Virus record (IMG/VR): IMGVR_UViG_2695420699_000018
Coordinates: 1 to 22,879 of that record
DNA length: 22,879 nt
Origin: a virus
Taxonomy: Duplodnaviria > Heunggongvirae > Uroviricota > Caudoviricetes
Strand: one strand, 5' to 3'
Below the pieces are notes generated by a model. That model did no database searches. It had not been told where the DNA came from and was given only the letters and a program-made list of their open reading frames with translations. The position numbers and the translations under genes are program-made. Of this stretch, positions 6,773 to 15,106 are shown one piece after another. How positions within the stretch are numbered: position 1 is the first letter of the stretch; the number at the start of each line of letters is the position of its first letter.

Positions 6773-7525
6773 TTATCTTGTCACTTTTCTCAATTGTGTC
6801 TCTGCATATGCTTCTTCCTGCCAGCACTTTGTAACCAGTTTATCAATGACACCTGCATATCCTTTGTACCACTGATAATCCGTCAGGTCCGGTACCAGCT
6901 TCTGGACATGATGCCGCGCCAGTGTGGTTGGTAAACGGCTAAACCGGTTTCCATTGCAACGCCCACAAATCTTATAAACAGGCGTGCCATGAAGCCGGGT
7001 TCTTTTTTCATCCAGGACAATACCTTTACCCTTACACCCTCTGCACGCTGTGCTGACTTCTCCCTTACCATGACAATGCTGACATAGTTCCTTCACCCAC
7101 TCCTCCTTGATAACAGATTCACCGCTTCTGGAGTGTTTCACCACTTCGCGCAATACATTATGAAATCCAGTACCAGCACAATGCTCACAGCGAGCCTTAC
7201 TTGCCGCAGACCTGGAATAATCAGCAAAGGCAAAATTCACAAGGTAAGGAATGATCTGTAGCCGGGTTTCTTCACTCAATTTATTCAATGTCGGGTTATC
7301 CAGTGCCATCGCGTAATTGAGCAGACCTTCAATCGCAAACTGAGGATCCTGAACACCAACTTTTGCCAGGAATAAGGCAAAACCCAGTGGTGCTTTCGAC
7401 TGCACCATCCCCTGCGCAGCCATCACATCCGTAATCGTTAAACCACCAGAGCCTGTCGCCGGTGCGTCATCGCTCAATTTTGGAGATTTTGGGGAGTAAT
7501 ATTTTGGTAAGGCTTCAAGGTTCAT
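6773..7525 (-). CDS. Late-gene antiterminator, Q-like (250 aa, Cys-rich zinc-binding)
   Basis: Several CxxC pairs (CEHCAGTG, CQHCHGKG, CRGCKGKG, CGRCNG). Position immediately upstream of the tR'-like terminator and lysis cassette. Length and position match the Qin-prophage YdfT-type Q as I recall it. Confidence 0.65.
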   Translation of the reverse strand: MNLEALPKYYSPKSPKLSDDAPATGSGGLTITDVMAAQGMVQSKAPLGFALFLAKVGVQDPQFAIEGLLNYAMALDNPTLNKLSEETRLQIIPYLVNFAFADYSRSAASKARCEHCAGTGFHNVLREVVKHSRSGESVIKEEWVKELCQHCHGKGEVSTACRGCKGKGIVLDEKRTRLHGTPVYKICGRCNGNRFSRLPTTLARHHVQKLVPDLTDYQWYKGYAGVIDKLVTKCWQEEAYAETQLRKVTR

Positions 7526-7538
7526 GCTCGTTCTCCAC

Positions 7539-8534
7539 TTACGCCAGTACGCCTATTGCCAGCGCACGATCGATAAAACGAAATATCAGCTCCAGCTGGG
7601 AGCCATACTTCTCTTCAAATGCCACGGTATCCGCATGCAGCTCGTCGTGATGCTTTCTGCACAAAGGCAACACAAAAAGGTCATGCGCTTTTGTACCCAT
7701 TCCACCCTGACCGTGGCCTATCAGGTGGTGGGGATCATCAGCAGGCTTTCCACAACATGCACACGGCTGTGTCTTAACCCAGCGCGTGTACTTTTCATTA
7801 ACCCAGCGGCGACGTTTTGGGCGTAACATAAAAGACTCCGGCGACTCCGGATCCACTTTCAGCGCCAGCACCTTTTTCGCCTTATCCTGGATGATGCTGG
7901 TGGCAGGAACCGAAGGCACAAGGTCACTTTCCCGGGTAACAGACGGCACAACAGGCTTCGGTAATCTCAGTGCCTTACGGGCTGCACTTTCCGGTAAGGC
8001 ATCCGCCAGATCATTACGAATCAGCCACCAGCACAGTTCCGGCATTGTCACAACGTGACTGTCATCAAAACCGAGATCCCGACGCACAACAGACAACACC
8101 CAGCGGGCACAGTTATCCGTTGCCATTGATTCCAGCCGTTCCGTGAACTGATCGCGCAGCTGGTTATCGCAGTGCCAGCACAGACGGATTGCACCCGGAG
8201 CGTGTCGCATTGTGGTCATGTTCTCGCTGTGCCAGTCGGAATGAGGCCACTGGCAGCCTTTTTCACGAAGTAACCAGCTTTCAAGACATTCCACGCCACC
8301 AGCACGACGGATCACTGCCTCATTGCGGAACACGGCCCGAACGGCAGGATCATCCGCCAGCGGTTGTGATGCCGCCGGAACGGCACCACTGGCGAAAGAT
8401 GAATAACGCTCCGGCTCAGGCTCCAGCAGGACACGCCCCTGCATAAACAGGGGCATCAGCTCTGAACCTGGCCTGAACAATACGATCCCCATACGCGGGG
8501 CAATTTCAGGGGTCAGTAGTGCTCTCACGGTCAC
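7539..8534 (-). CDS. DUF968-family protein (YdfU-like) with HNH-like C-terminal motif
   Basis: C-terminal CACCGKPADDPHHLIGHGQGGMGTKAHD…LCRKHHDELH is HNH-like. Recalled similarity to lambdoid prophage YdfU-type proteins. Sits between KilA-N and Q. Confidence 0.6.
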   Translation of the reverse strand: MTVRALLTPEIAPRMGIVLFRPGSELMPLFMQGRVLLEPEPERYSSFASGAVPAASQPLADDPAVRAVFRNEAVIRRAGGVECLESWLLREKGCQWPHSDWHSENMTTMRHAPGAIRLCWHCDNQLRDQFTERLESMATDNCARWVLSVVRRDLGFDDSHVVTMPELCWWLIRNDLADALPESAARKALRLPKPVVPSVTRESDLVPSVPATSIIQDKAKKVLALKVDPESPESFMLRPKRRRWVNEKYTRWVKTQPCACCGKPADDPHHLIGHGQGGMGTKAHDLFVLPLCRKHHDELHADTVAFEEKYGSQLELIFRFIDRALAIGVLA

Positions 8535-8535
8535 C

Positions 8536-9345
8536 TCAATGAACGGTATCGAGCAGCTTTAACAGCTCAGGGAATCGGGATTCGAAGAAATGCGGCTGCG
8601 TCTCGCGCGGATTTGCGGGACTGGTGATGTTCTTGCCGAACATGCAACCTTTCGCTGTCAGCGACCAGAATTTTTTGATGTTGTTAATCGCGGTACGGCT
8701 GTATCGTTCGCGCTGCTCGACGATCCCCAGTTTCACCATCTGGTGATATGCCTGATTAGCCGTCAGGCGTATACCATACTGTTTCAGCAGTGCACTCAGT
8801 GACAGTGTCGGGCGACTTGAGCCATCGTGTGCATCAGCAGGAGCATCAATGGCATAGCGCGGTGCCAGATTCGGTAAGCCAACAGCCTCCTGGAGTTTCT
8901 GACAGGCACCAAGCACTGAAGAGTTAGACAGGTTTAACTCCCGGCGCATAAAGTCCAGCAGGATCACGCCAGCCTGCATCTTGTCAGCAGCCTGTCCGGA
9001 TAATTTTTCCGGTGCGCTGGTTACCATATCGAAAGTACGGATCACCTTCAGATGGAATGACGGGCTGATCCACATTGCATAGGCATACACCAGTTCCTTG
9101 CAGACATACGTTCCCCGTTCATTTCCCCCATGAATCACACTCACCGGGTCAACACCCAAATTCTGGGTGTTGGTCAATTCATGAACAAGCTCAACAGTTT
9201 GTTGGCTGGAAAGAAACTTTCCCGGCTCCTTGGTTCTGGCATTTGCACCAGATGCTACTGCTGCGCGATGCAGATCGTTCAGGCTGTAACGCCCATAAGC
9301 ATCACGACGAACTTCAATACCATCAATGACCATCAGATTATTCAT
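8536..9345 (-). CDS. KilA-N domain protein (putative regulatory / antirepressor-like)
   Basis: Track ORF 8536..9378; preferred start is the Met at 9345 (MNNLMVIDGIEVRRDAYGRYSLNDLHRAA…) with GAGGAG SD. N-terminal sequence is KilA-N-like. Confidence 0.55.
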   Translation of the reverse strand: MNNLMVIDGIEVRRDAYGRYSLNDLHRAAVASGANARTKEPGKFLSSQQTVELVHELTNTQNLGVDPVSVIHGGNERGTYVCKELVYAYAMWISPSFHLKVIRTFDMVTSAPEKLSGQAADKMQAGVILLDFMRRELNLSNSSVLGACQKLQEAVGLPNLAPRYAIDAPADAHDGSSRPTLSLSALLKQYGIRLTANQAYHQMVKLGIVEQRERYSRTAINNIKKFWSLTAKGCMFGKNITSPANPRETQPHFFESRFPELLKLLDTVH

Positions 9346-9364
9346 ACTTCGTTTCTCCTCTTGA

Positions 9365-9754
9365 TCAGGCGGCTGCACCCGCCGTTTTCTCGTACTTACT
9401 GATAGTGATCTCGACCTTCCCTTTCGGGATAACCGGTCCCCACTCCACCAGCATTCTTTTCACCTGACTGTCGTCTTCCCACACACCCGCATGGGTCAGG
9501 GCGTCAAACAGCGCCTTGTTATAGTTGTCCAGATCGCGGATCCGGTTATCCGGAGGAAACAACACGATCTCCACTGAAGCAGGTGCCGACGTTGGTTTCG
9601 GCAGACGACGTAACTGCTCAACTATTGCTGCGCACGCCGCGCTCTGGAATTTTCGCCCCGCCGAGCTTATCAGGCTCTTACCAGCAAACGCCCCTTTGTT
9701 GGGGTGTCGCCAGTACGTGTTCACGCTGGGCGGAAAAGGCAGGATCAGCTTCAT
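9365..9754 (-). CDS. rusA: RusA-family Holliday junction resolvase
   Basis: MKLILPFPPSVNTYWRH…DLDNYNKALFDALTHAGVWEDDSQV matches RusA catalytic-region signatures. ATGA start/stop overlap with the upstream gene. Confidence 0.85.
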   Translation of the reverse strand: MKLILPFPPSVNTYWRHPNKGAFAGKSLISSAGRKFQSAACAAIVEQLRRLPKPTSAPASVEIVLFPPDNRIRDLDNYNKALFDALTHAGVWEDDSQVKRMLVEWGPVIPKGKVEITISKYEKTAGAAA

Positions 9755-10077
9755 ACTTTCAGGTCCCTCTCATGTAACCAGTGGGTTGCACGCAGCCTTG
9801 CGTTTTCCTCACCGGCAAGCAGTGCGCGGATAATCCCGACCGCCTCGCTGTCGTCGTCCTTCACCGCGGTATGAAGCGTTATCCCCCGGGCCACGCCACG
9901 CTTTATCGTGATGACGCCTTTTTTCTCCAGTGCGCGAAGATGCTCCACCGCTGCATTCACTGAACGGTATCCCAGCATGGTTGCCACCTCCTGATTGGTT
10001 GGCGGAAAGCCACGCTCTTGCTGGTAAGAAATCAGCATATCCAGCACCTGCTGCTGGCATTGAGTTAACGTCGTCAT
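9751..10077 (-). CDS. LexA-type N-terminal DNA-binding domain protein without the S24 peptidase domain
   Basis: Aligns with the E. coli LexA N-terminus (recalled): QQQVLDMLISYQQERGFPPTNQEVATMLGYRSVNAAVEHLRALEKKGVITI versus [52 protein letters not shown]. Only 108 aa; no Ser/Lys peptidase domain. ATGA-coupled to neighbours. Confidence 0.7.
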   Translation of the reverse strand: MTTLTQCQQQVLDMLISYQQERGFPPTNQEVATMLGYRSVNAAVEHLRALEKKGVITIKRGVARGITLHTAVKDDDSEAVGIIRALLAGEENARLRATHWLHERDLKV

Positions 10078-10727
10078 GCCGCCATCTCCCTGACAAGTTT
10101 TTCTGCCTGCTGGCGAACCTGCGCCAGAAACGCCTCACCACATGCCTCAAGTTCATCGCGCCCGATGTAGCTGATTGCCGGTCCCTTCCAGGTCTTGTCG
10201 AAAACAGCAATAGCACCAGCGAAGAAAGCGCCTGTCGGCACCTGCTTCTCATCCTTCGGGATAAACCAGGCAGGCAGTTCAAAACCAATACGCCCGCGAA
10301 TAAAAGCAATATGGTCCGCATCTTCCGGCCACCACACTTCGCTGGTGGCAGCTTTGATCAGGAAAACATAGCGCCCGCCCTTATCACGCATGGCACTGGC
10401 ATGTTTCATGATGTAACGCATGCCGGTGATGTATTGCCCCTCATGCTGACTGGCGCGGCTGTATGGGGGATTACCAAAGGCAGCACCTTTAAGCTCCGCA
10501 AGACGTTCTGACCAGTCATGTGCCAGCGCGTTGTCTTCCGCCGTGTAATACGCGGCACATTTGGCGTTATCACCGTCAGTGAACAGATCCAGAACAAACG
10601 GACCAAACAGGGTGTTAATTCCCCAGAAAATGTTATCCGGCGTGCGCCACTGATCGCCTACTTCCTTCAGTTCATGGGCTGGTTTGTTCCGCAGTTCCAC
10701 CAGCGCCTGGCAATATTTATTACTCAT
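10074..10727 (-). CDS. Phage-type DNA N6-adenine methyltransferase (Dam-like)
   Basis: NPPY catalytic motif (AAFGNPPYS). Track ORF starts at 10760; the Met at 10727 (MSNKYCQALVEL…) forms a TAATG overlap with the upstream gene stop. Confidence 0.8.
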   Translation of the reverse strand: MSNKYCQALVELRNKPAHELKEVGDQWRTPDNIFWGINTLFGPFVLDLFTDGDNAKCAAYYTAEDNALAHDWSERLAELKGAAFGNPPYSRASQHEGQYITGMRYIMKHASAMRDKGGRYVFLIKAATSEVWWPEDADHIAFIRGRIGFELPAWFIPKDEKQVPTGAFFAGAIAVFDKTWKGPAISYIGRDELEACGEAFLAQVRQQAEKLVREMAA

Positions 10728-11221
10728 TAAGCCCCCACGTAATTCCCTGACAGATACCACTCTTCACCTGATGCAGCCCGCTTATTGCTTTTCCGTAAAC
10801 ACCGCTCACGACGTGCCAGAAAATTGTTTCGTTCTGGCTGGGAGTGGCTTTCACGGAATGCCGCCATCCACACCGTTGCAGCACGACGGTATAAGCCCCT
10901 GGACTCCAGTTCTTCAGCCTGGCGGGTCAGGCACAAAATCACCCGGGGATCGTTAGTGCCGACATAGAAATTGCGCACAGGTCTGGTTTCACGAACTGGT
11001 TGTGGTTCCGGTTCCTGCGCTCTCTCAGTCAGGCGCGGGAAATGTCTGCGTGTATCTCCTTCACAACGGTGATCCACACGCCCACTCTGACGTAACTTGC
11101 TTGCTGACTGCAGAACGCGCTGCCGTGAGTAACCTGCAAAAGCATCCGCAATGTCTCCGGAAGTACACCCCGGATGGGCTTCAATGAATTTCTGAACGTC
11201 ATTCAAAAGACTCATAATCAC
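10727..11221 (-). CDS. Hypothetical regulator, possibly PerC-family with an N-terminal winged-helix-like region
   Basis: C-terminal …LTRQAEELESRGLYRRAATVWMAAFRE… resembles the PerC-family core as I recall it. ATGA-coupled to the O-like gene. Family assignment is tentative. Confidence 0.4.
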   Translation of the reverse strand: MIMSLLNDVQKFIEAHPGCTSGDIADAFAGYSRQRVLQSASKLRQSGRVDHRCEGDTRRHFPRLTERAQEPEPQPVRETRPVRNFYVGTNDPRVILCLTRQAEELESRGLYRRAATVWMAAFRESHSQPERNNFLARRERCLRKSNKRAASGEEWYLSGNYVGA

Positions 11222-12036
11222 CCCCTGAATCCTGCCGGGATCTGGCTGTAGTCCACGTTGTCGTAACTGGCTTTGAAGTACGGGTCCTCGCGTCTGGCTG
11301 CAGATACCGCAGGAACTTCCCAGGATTCTTCGAAATGACGATCCGGACCAAAGAACGTGACAGCCTGTTTCACAAATTGTGTGCCGCTGTTACCCATCGC
11401 AGATACCCAGCACGAGTAGCGTTTCACACCTTCCAGCATGGTTTCGGGGTTTACCCCCTCATTCAAACGGGCTTTCCAGGCTTTGAAGGCTGCTGATTTT
11501 GAATTGCCACCAGCACGTTTGGGGTATGCCAGCCATGCCTGCTCAAACTCCGGAGAGTATTCCGGTCGGTTTGAACGAACTCGCACAGACTCATCAGCAG
11601 ATGCACCAACAGCTATTGGTTCATTGACTGGTTCTTTGACTGGTTCAAAAGAGTGACTGGTTCTGGGTGAATCTCCTGCACTACCCCCTGGTGCAACTCC
11701 TGCACTACCTAGTGAATTTGCTGCACCAGATAGTGAATTATTTGCACTACCCCCTAGTGAATCTCCTGCACCATCAAGATGAAGAAGATAGATATTACTT
11801 GAGTTACCTTTTTCACCTTTCCGGGTGACTTTTTTTACCAGCCCGGACTCACAGAGGGCCGCAATATGATTCATCACAGAACGTTTGCTAATCTCGCACT
11901 GATCAGCGATATGCTGATAGCTGGGCCAGCACTCGCCCTGATCGCTGGCATTATCAGCCAGCTTAATCAGAACCAGTTTTCGCAATGGATTTCCCACTCG
12001 AATTTTCATCGCTTTAACCATCAGCTCCATACTCAT
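11218..12036 (-). CDS. Replication initiator, lambda-O-like (N-terminal HTH, iteron-encoded linker, C-terminal domain)
   Basis: N-terminal HTH (…ADNASDQGECWPSYQHIADQCEISKRSVMNHIAALCESGLVKK…). The low-complexity G/S/A/N linker is encoded by the iteron array at 11667..11775. Sits in the early-right operon downstream of Cro. Confidence 0.65.
   Translation of the reverse strand: MSMELMVKAMKIRVGNPLRKLVLIKLADNASDQGECWPSYQHIADQCEISKRSVMNHIAALCESGLVKKVTRKGEKGNSSNIYLLHLDGAGDSLGGSANNSLSGAANSLGSAGVAPGGSAGDSPRTSHSFEPVKEPVNEPIAVGASADESVRVRSNRPEYSPEFEQAWLAYPKRAGGNSKSAAFKAWKARLNEGVNPETMLEGVKRYSCWVSAMGNSGTQFVKQAVTFFGPDRHFEESWEVPAVSAARREDPYFKASYDNVDYSQIPAGFRG
11667..11775. repeat. Iteron array (five about 19-bp direct repeats at about 22-bp spacing): candidate replication origin inside the initiator gene
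   Basis: Units GTGAATCTCCTGCACTACC (11667), GTGCAACTCCTGCACTACC (11691), GTGAATTTGCTGCACCAGA (11712), GTGAATTATTTGCACTACC (11734), GTGAATCTCCTGCACCATC (11757). Three copies of (T/G)TGACTGGTTC lie just upstream at 11624, 11636 and 11653. Confidence 0.6.
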
Positions 12037-12257
12037 GCAGCACCTCCGAGATGCTTCATGTTTTTTCCGGAGCGAAAGGCTATAAGCGGCATACTGACGC
12101 GGTAACTACGGCCCAGCGGTTCACAAATCACCTTCTGACATTCACGGTCAACCAGGCTAACACGTAGAACATGCCCTGCAGGTGTGGTGTACCACTGACC
12201 CGGACGAGGACAACGGAAAGTCTGATTGGTAAACCGTTTGAAAATATTCCGGATCAT
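12033..12257 (-). CDS. Hypothetical 74-aa protein, translationally coupled between the Rha-domain and O-like genes
   Basis: ATGA overlaps at both ends (12254/12257 and 12033/12036). No recognised family. Confidence 0.4.
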   Translation of the reverse strand: MIRNIFKRFTNQTFRCPRPGQWYTTPAGHVLRVSLVDRECQKVICEPLGRSYRVSMPLIAFRSGKNMKHLGGAA

Positions 12258-13405
12258 TTGCGCCCCCTTACCTCTGAAGGGTTCAGCGACAAATTTATGA
12301 GGCAGGCCAGTGCCGAAGCATCATTAATATAGTCATACAAGCTAACAGCCAGCGGAGATTCGGCTTTTGCCAACATAGGATAAAGCTGCTGCAGCCAGAC
12401 CTGATGAATTGATGAAATGTAGGAATAGAGAACGCTGGCGTTATGTGCAACGTCGCTCAGTACAGAGGGATTTGAAAGCTGTTTCTCCATCTGGTTAAAG
12501 GCATTGATGTATGCCTCTTTGAACTGGGCAGCACGTTTACCCGTGAAACCCATAGCAAGAAACGCAAAGCCGTCGCGGGTTATTTGGTAGCAAGGAAGTT
12601 TGCGACCTGTGCAATCAGTGTAATCACTCACCGAAAAATTGCGGGCAGTGAATGATGCTGAGCATTCAAGCGTGCGGATCTTTTTCAGTACATCGTCATG
12701 ACGTTTGGAGAAGAAGTTGGCAACAGCCAGGGATGAAGTAACAGCCTGACCATCAACGATGGCAATTTCAGGTTGAGTGAGGGTTGGGATCGTAGCCATG
12801 ATGGCAGCCTCTTTGGTGATTTTTAATAACTCACCACCAAGGCTTTCCACGACCTTATTGGTGGTGAGACGTACAGGGGTGGAAATACCGGTCACCAAAG
12901 AACCCGGCCCAACCGAAGTTGGCCCTGCACGCCCCACCATAATTTGGGCGTAATGCTGCTCATGACACAAAAAAACCGCAAGAGCGCGGTTGTGCGCTTT
13001 GGTGAATTCCGGGTTTCCACGCCCGGCACCCGTTTTATAAGGTGCCTGAACAGTGTAACGTCCCGGAATGGCAGAATCAATGTGCTGGTGGTCCTTCACA
13101 CTCAACAAAATCACGCCTGAATTTCCACAAAGGACTAAAGCACTCATGCGGGTAGTCTTTGCGAAGATAGATAACGCGCTGTGTTTCTGGTTCCCAACGA
13201 ATAACATGGACATAAAGCCCTCTTCCGTCACGAAACCAGCGGTTAAGTTCCTGCACAACTCGCCCCCCACAGTCAGGTAAAGTTCTCTGTGGTTACTTAC
13301 AGCCAGGTGATTTGGTAATCTGCATTCATGCCGTAACAACAGGTGTTCAGCGACACTGACCACCAGCTGTTGCGACAAACGGTTATTTGCCGTTAAACTG
13401 TTCAT
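12254..13405 (-). CDS. Rha-family phage regulatory protein with an uncharacterised about 200-aa N-terminal extension
   Basis: C-terminal half has the Phage_pRha-like core (…FFSKRHDDVLKKIRTLE…YQITRDGFAFLAMGFTGKRAAQFKEAYINAF). The frame is open for about 600 nt upstream and its ATG at 13405 makes an ATGA overlap with the preceding gene. An internal ATG at 12799 with strong AAAGAGG SD is an alternative start for a 182-aa Rha-only product. Confidence 0.5.
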   Translation of the reverse strand: MNSLTANNRLSQQLVVSVAEHLLLRHECRLPNHLAVSNHRELYLTVGGELCRNLTAGFVTEEGFMSMLFVGNQKHSALSIFAKTTRMSALVLCGNSGVILLSVKDHQHIDSAIPGRYTVQAPYKTGAGRGNPEFTKAHNRALAVFLCHEQHYAQIMVGRAGPTSVGPGSLVTGISTPVRLTTNKVVESLGGELLKITKEAAIMATIPTLTQPEIAIVDGQAVTSSLAVANFFSKRHDDVLKKIRTLECSASFTARNFSVSDYTDCTGRKLPCYQITRDGFAFLAMGFTGKRAAQFKEAYINAFNQMEKQLSNPSVLSDVAHNASVLYSYISSIHQVWLQQLYPMLAKAESPLAVSLYDYINDASALACLINLSLNPSEVRGRK

Positions 13406-13959
13406 GCGTTAGTTTCTCCACAACCAGAAGCAATCGACGCCACGACGCCCGGAGCTGCACACTCGCGGGCGTTACTCTTTTCTGGAGCGCAAAAGATTTT
13501 GTAGACCAGTGCTGCATGCTCCTGGAGCTTCGAAATTGACAGATACAACTCATCATTAATTGCTGTCTGCTCGTGTGGCTCCACGACCCCATCTTCGATT
13601 GCCGAACGAATCTGCTTTGAGTAATTCCCGATCTGTTCGATGACTTCCAGCAGGCGCTGGTTTATATCGGCGTTCTCTACTTCCTCAATTTCAGGAAGCG
13701 ATACGAACACCCCACCGGCAGACTGTGCGACAGCATCCGCAATGTAGTGAGTGCCAGCCGCGCGCTGTAAAACCATTGCCCATCCCAGCGGGAAAATCTG
13801 ATCGCCATCTGCACGAAGGCGGTTGAATAAAGCGTTCTCTGTTACATCCAGCCAGTCAGCAGCTTCAGCGTAACCCCCAGGCAATGCCGCGATAGTTTTT
13901 CTGACAGCTTTCACGTACCACTCAGGCTGTTTTTCTACTTTCCAGTGATGATTACCCAC
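13402..13959 (-). CDS. Putative CII/YdaT-like early regulatory protein
   Basis: Track ORF 13402..14070 overlaps the cro-like gene. A GTG at 13959 with GAGGAA SD 6 nt upstream lies 28 nt after the cro stop; ATG starts at 14037 or 14034 are alternatives. Family assignment is from position (immediately after cro) and vague recollection only. Confidence 0.35.
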   Translation of the reverse strand: MGNHHWKVEKQPEWYVKAVRKTIAALPGGYAEAADWLDVTENALFNRLRADGDQIFPLGWAMVLQRAAGTHYIADAVAQSAGGVFVSLPEIEEVENADINQRLLEVIEQIGNYSKQIRSAIEDGVVEPHEQTAINDELYLSISKLQEHAALVYKIFCAPEKSNARECAAPGVVASIASGCGETNA

Positions 13960-13987
13960 GGTTAATTCCTCGTTTCTGTGGTTACGT

Positions 13988-14251
13988 TTACGCAGCTGAA
14001 CCGCTAACTTTTGAATAGCACTCAGGTAATCCATCATTTGGATTGGGGTAAATATCAGGACGCAGTTCATGAGGGGTCACGGACCAGTTTCCCAACTCAC
14101 AAAGTTGTAAAACCCGTTCTGACGGGACTTGATTGTTAATTACCCAATTAGCGACGGATTGAGTGGACTTAAAACCAAAGCGACGGGCTACTTCAGATAA
14201 AGATTTTCCCGCAGCTTTTACTGCTTTCTCTGTGTAGTTTTGAGATGACAT
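13988..14251 (-). CDS. Cro-like HTH regulator (YdaS/Cro family)
   Basis: HTH segment (SLSEVARRFGFKSTQSVANWV). Divergent from the CI-like gene across an operator-rich intergenic region. AGGAGA SD. Confidence 0.7.
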   Translation of the reverse strand: MSSQNYTEKAVKAAGKSLSEVARRFGFKSTQSVANWVINNQVPSERVLQLCELGNWSVTPHELRPDIYPNPNDGLPECYSKVSGSAA

Positions 14252-14260
14252 ACCTTTCTC

Positions 14261-14367
14261 CTCTGAAATTCAGAGGGATAATGCTACTTAAAATAGCAAA
14301 ATGCAACTACTTAAAATAGAAATGACTAGCGTATGTGATGTGAGTAATCTTCTACCTATGGTAGAAG
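14261..14367. promoter_or_regulatory. Immunity-region operator cluster (OR-like)
   Basis: Palindrome CTCTGAA-A-TTCAGAG at 14261..14275; two 13-bp direct repeats CTACTTAAAATAG at 14284..14296 and 14307..14319; palindrome CTTCTACC-TAT-GGTAGAAG at 14349..14367 overlapping the proposed cI ATG. Shared half-site theme CTAC…GTAG. Confidence 0.6.
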
Positions 14368-15062
14368 AACAGAAGTATCCAGATTTCGCCAAGAGACTAA
14401 ACGAGCTAATGACAAACAAGGGAATTTCTGTCACCCAACTCAAAAGTCTTGTGGGCGTTACATATGAAATGGCGCGGCGATACACAATCGGCGCTGCGAA
14501 GCCTCGTGCCTCTGTCATGAATAAACTTGCATTGGCTCTGGGGGTATCAGCTTCATATTTAGAATATGGTGTTGGCGAGAGAGAAGGATGTAAGGAAATG
14601 ACAAGCATCCCCAATCCAACAAAACCCGATGTATACAGGATAGAAGTTTTGGATCTTAGCGTTAGCGCGGGACCTGGGACCTATATGCTTTCAGACTATG
14701 TTGATGTGCTCTACGCCATTGAGTTCACAACAGAACATGCCCGTTCTCTTTTCGGCAACCGTTCTCAGGATGATATTAAGGTTATGACTGTAAATGGCGA
14801 TAGTATGTCCCCTACTCTCGTTTCCGGAGACCGACTGTTTGTCGACATTTCTGTTCGTCACTTCCAGACTGATGGAGTTTACTCTTTCGTTTACGGTAAG
14901 ACTTTTCATGTTAAACGTCTTCAAATGCAAGGTGACAAGCTAGCCGTTCTTTCGGATAACCCCGCCTATGAGAAATGGTACATCGATGAAAAATCACAGG
15001 ATCAGCTTTATGTAATGGGCAAGGCGTTGATTCACGAATCTATAAAATACAACCGATTGTAA
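14358..15062 (+). CDS. CI-like prophage repressor (N-terminal HTH plus C-terminal S24 LexA-like peptidase domain)
   Basis: HTH (…FAKRLNELMTNKGISVTQLKSLVGVTYEMARRY…) and S24 motifs (GDSMSPT active-site Ser; Lys in …FHVKRL…). Track start at 14301 lies inside operator repeats; the Met at 14358 (MVEEQKYPDF…) is preferred, possibly leaderless as for lambda cI. Confidence 0.85.
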   Translation: MVEEQKYPDFAKRLNELMTNKGISVTQLKSLVGVTYEMARRYTIGAAKPRASVMNKLALALGVSASYLEYGVGEREGCKEMTSIPNPTKPDVYRIEVLDLSVSAGPGTYMLSDYVDVLYAIEFTTEHARSLFGNRSQDDIKVMTVNGDSMSPTLVSGDRLFVDISVRHFQTDGVYSFVYGKTFHVKRLQMQGDKLAVLSDNPAYEKWYIDEKSQDQLYVMGKALIHESIKYNRL

Positions 15063-15106
15063 AACTCAATCCTTTCAGGATTAAAAGATCTAAAAGGATA
15101 ATAATA

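Noticed and set aside
7786-8446. Plus-strand ORFs 7524..7826, 7786..8058 and 8189..8446 and nested minus ORF 6883..7071
   Set aside because: Antisense or nested within the DUF968 and Q genes; no SD, low-complexity translations.
9809-10606. ORFs 9809..10321, 9930..10511, 10406..10606, 9525..9833, 9583..9777 and 9781..9963
   Set aside because: Alternative frames across the RusA, LexA-like and Dam genes, which carry clear family motifs in their own frames.
12892-13592. ORFs 12892..13080, 13068..13280 and 13383..13592
   Set aside because: Nested or antisense within the long Rha-domain ORF and the CII-like gene; no SD or coupling signals.
14301-14357. Upstream ATG at 14301 as the cI start
   Set aside because: It lies inside the direct-repeat operators and adds a hydrophobic leader (MQLLKIEMTSVCDVSNLLP) ahead of the HTH domain; the Met at 14358 is preferred, though 14301 cannot be excluded without transcript mapping.
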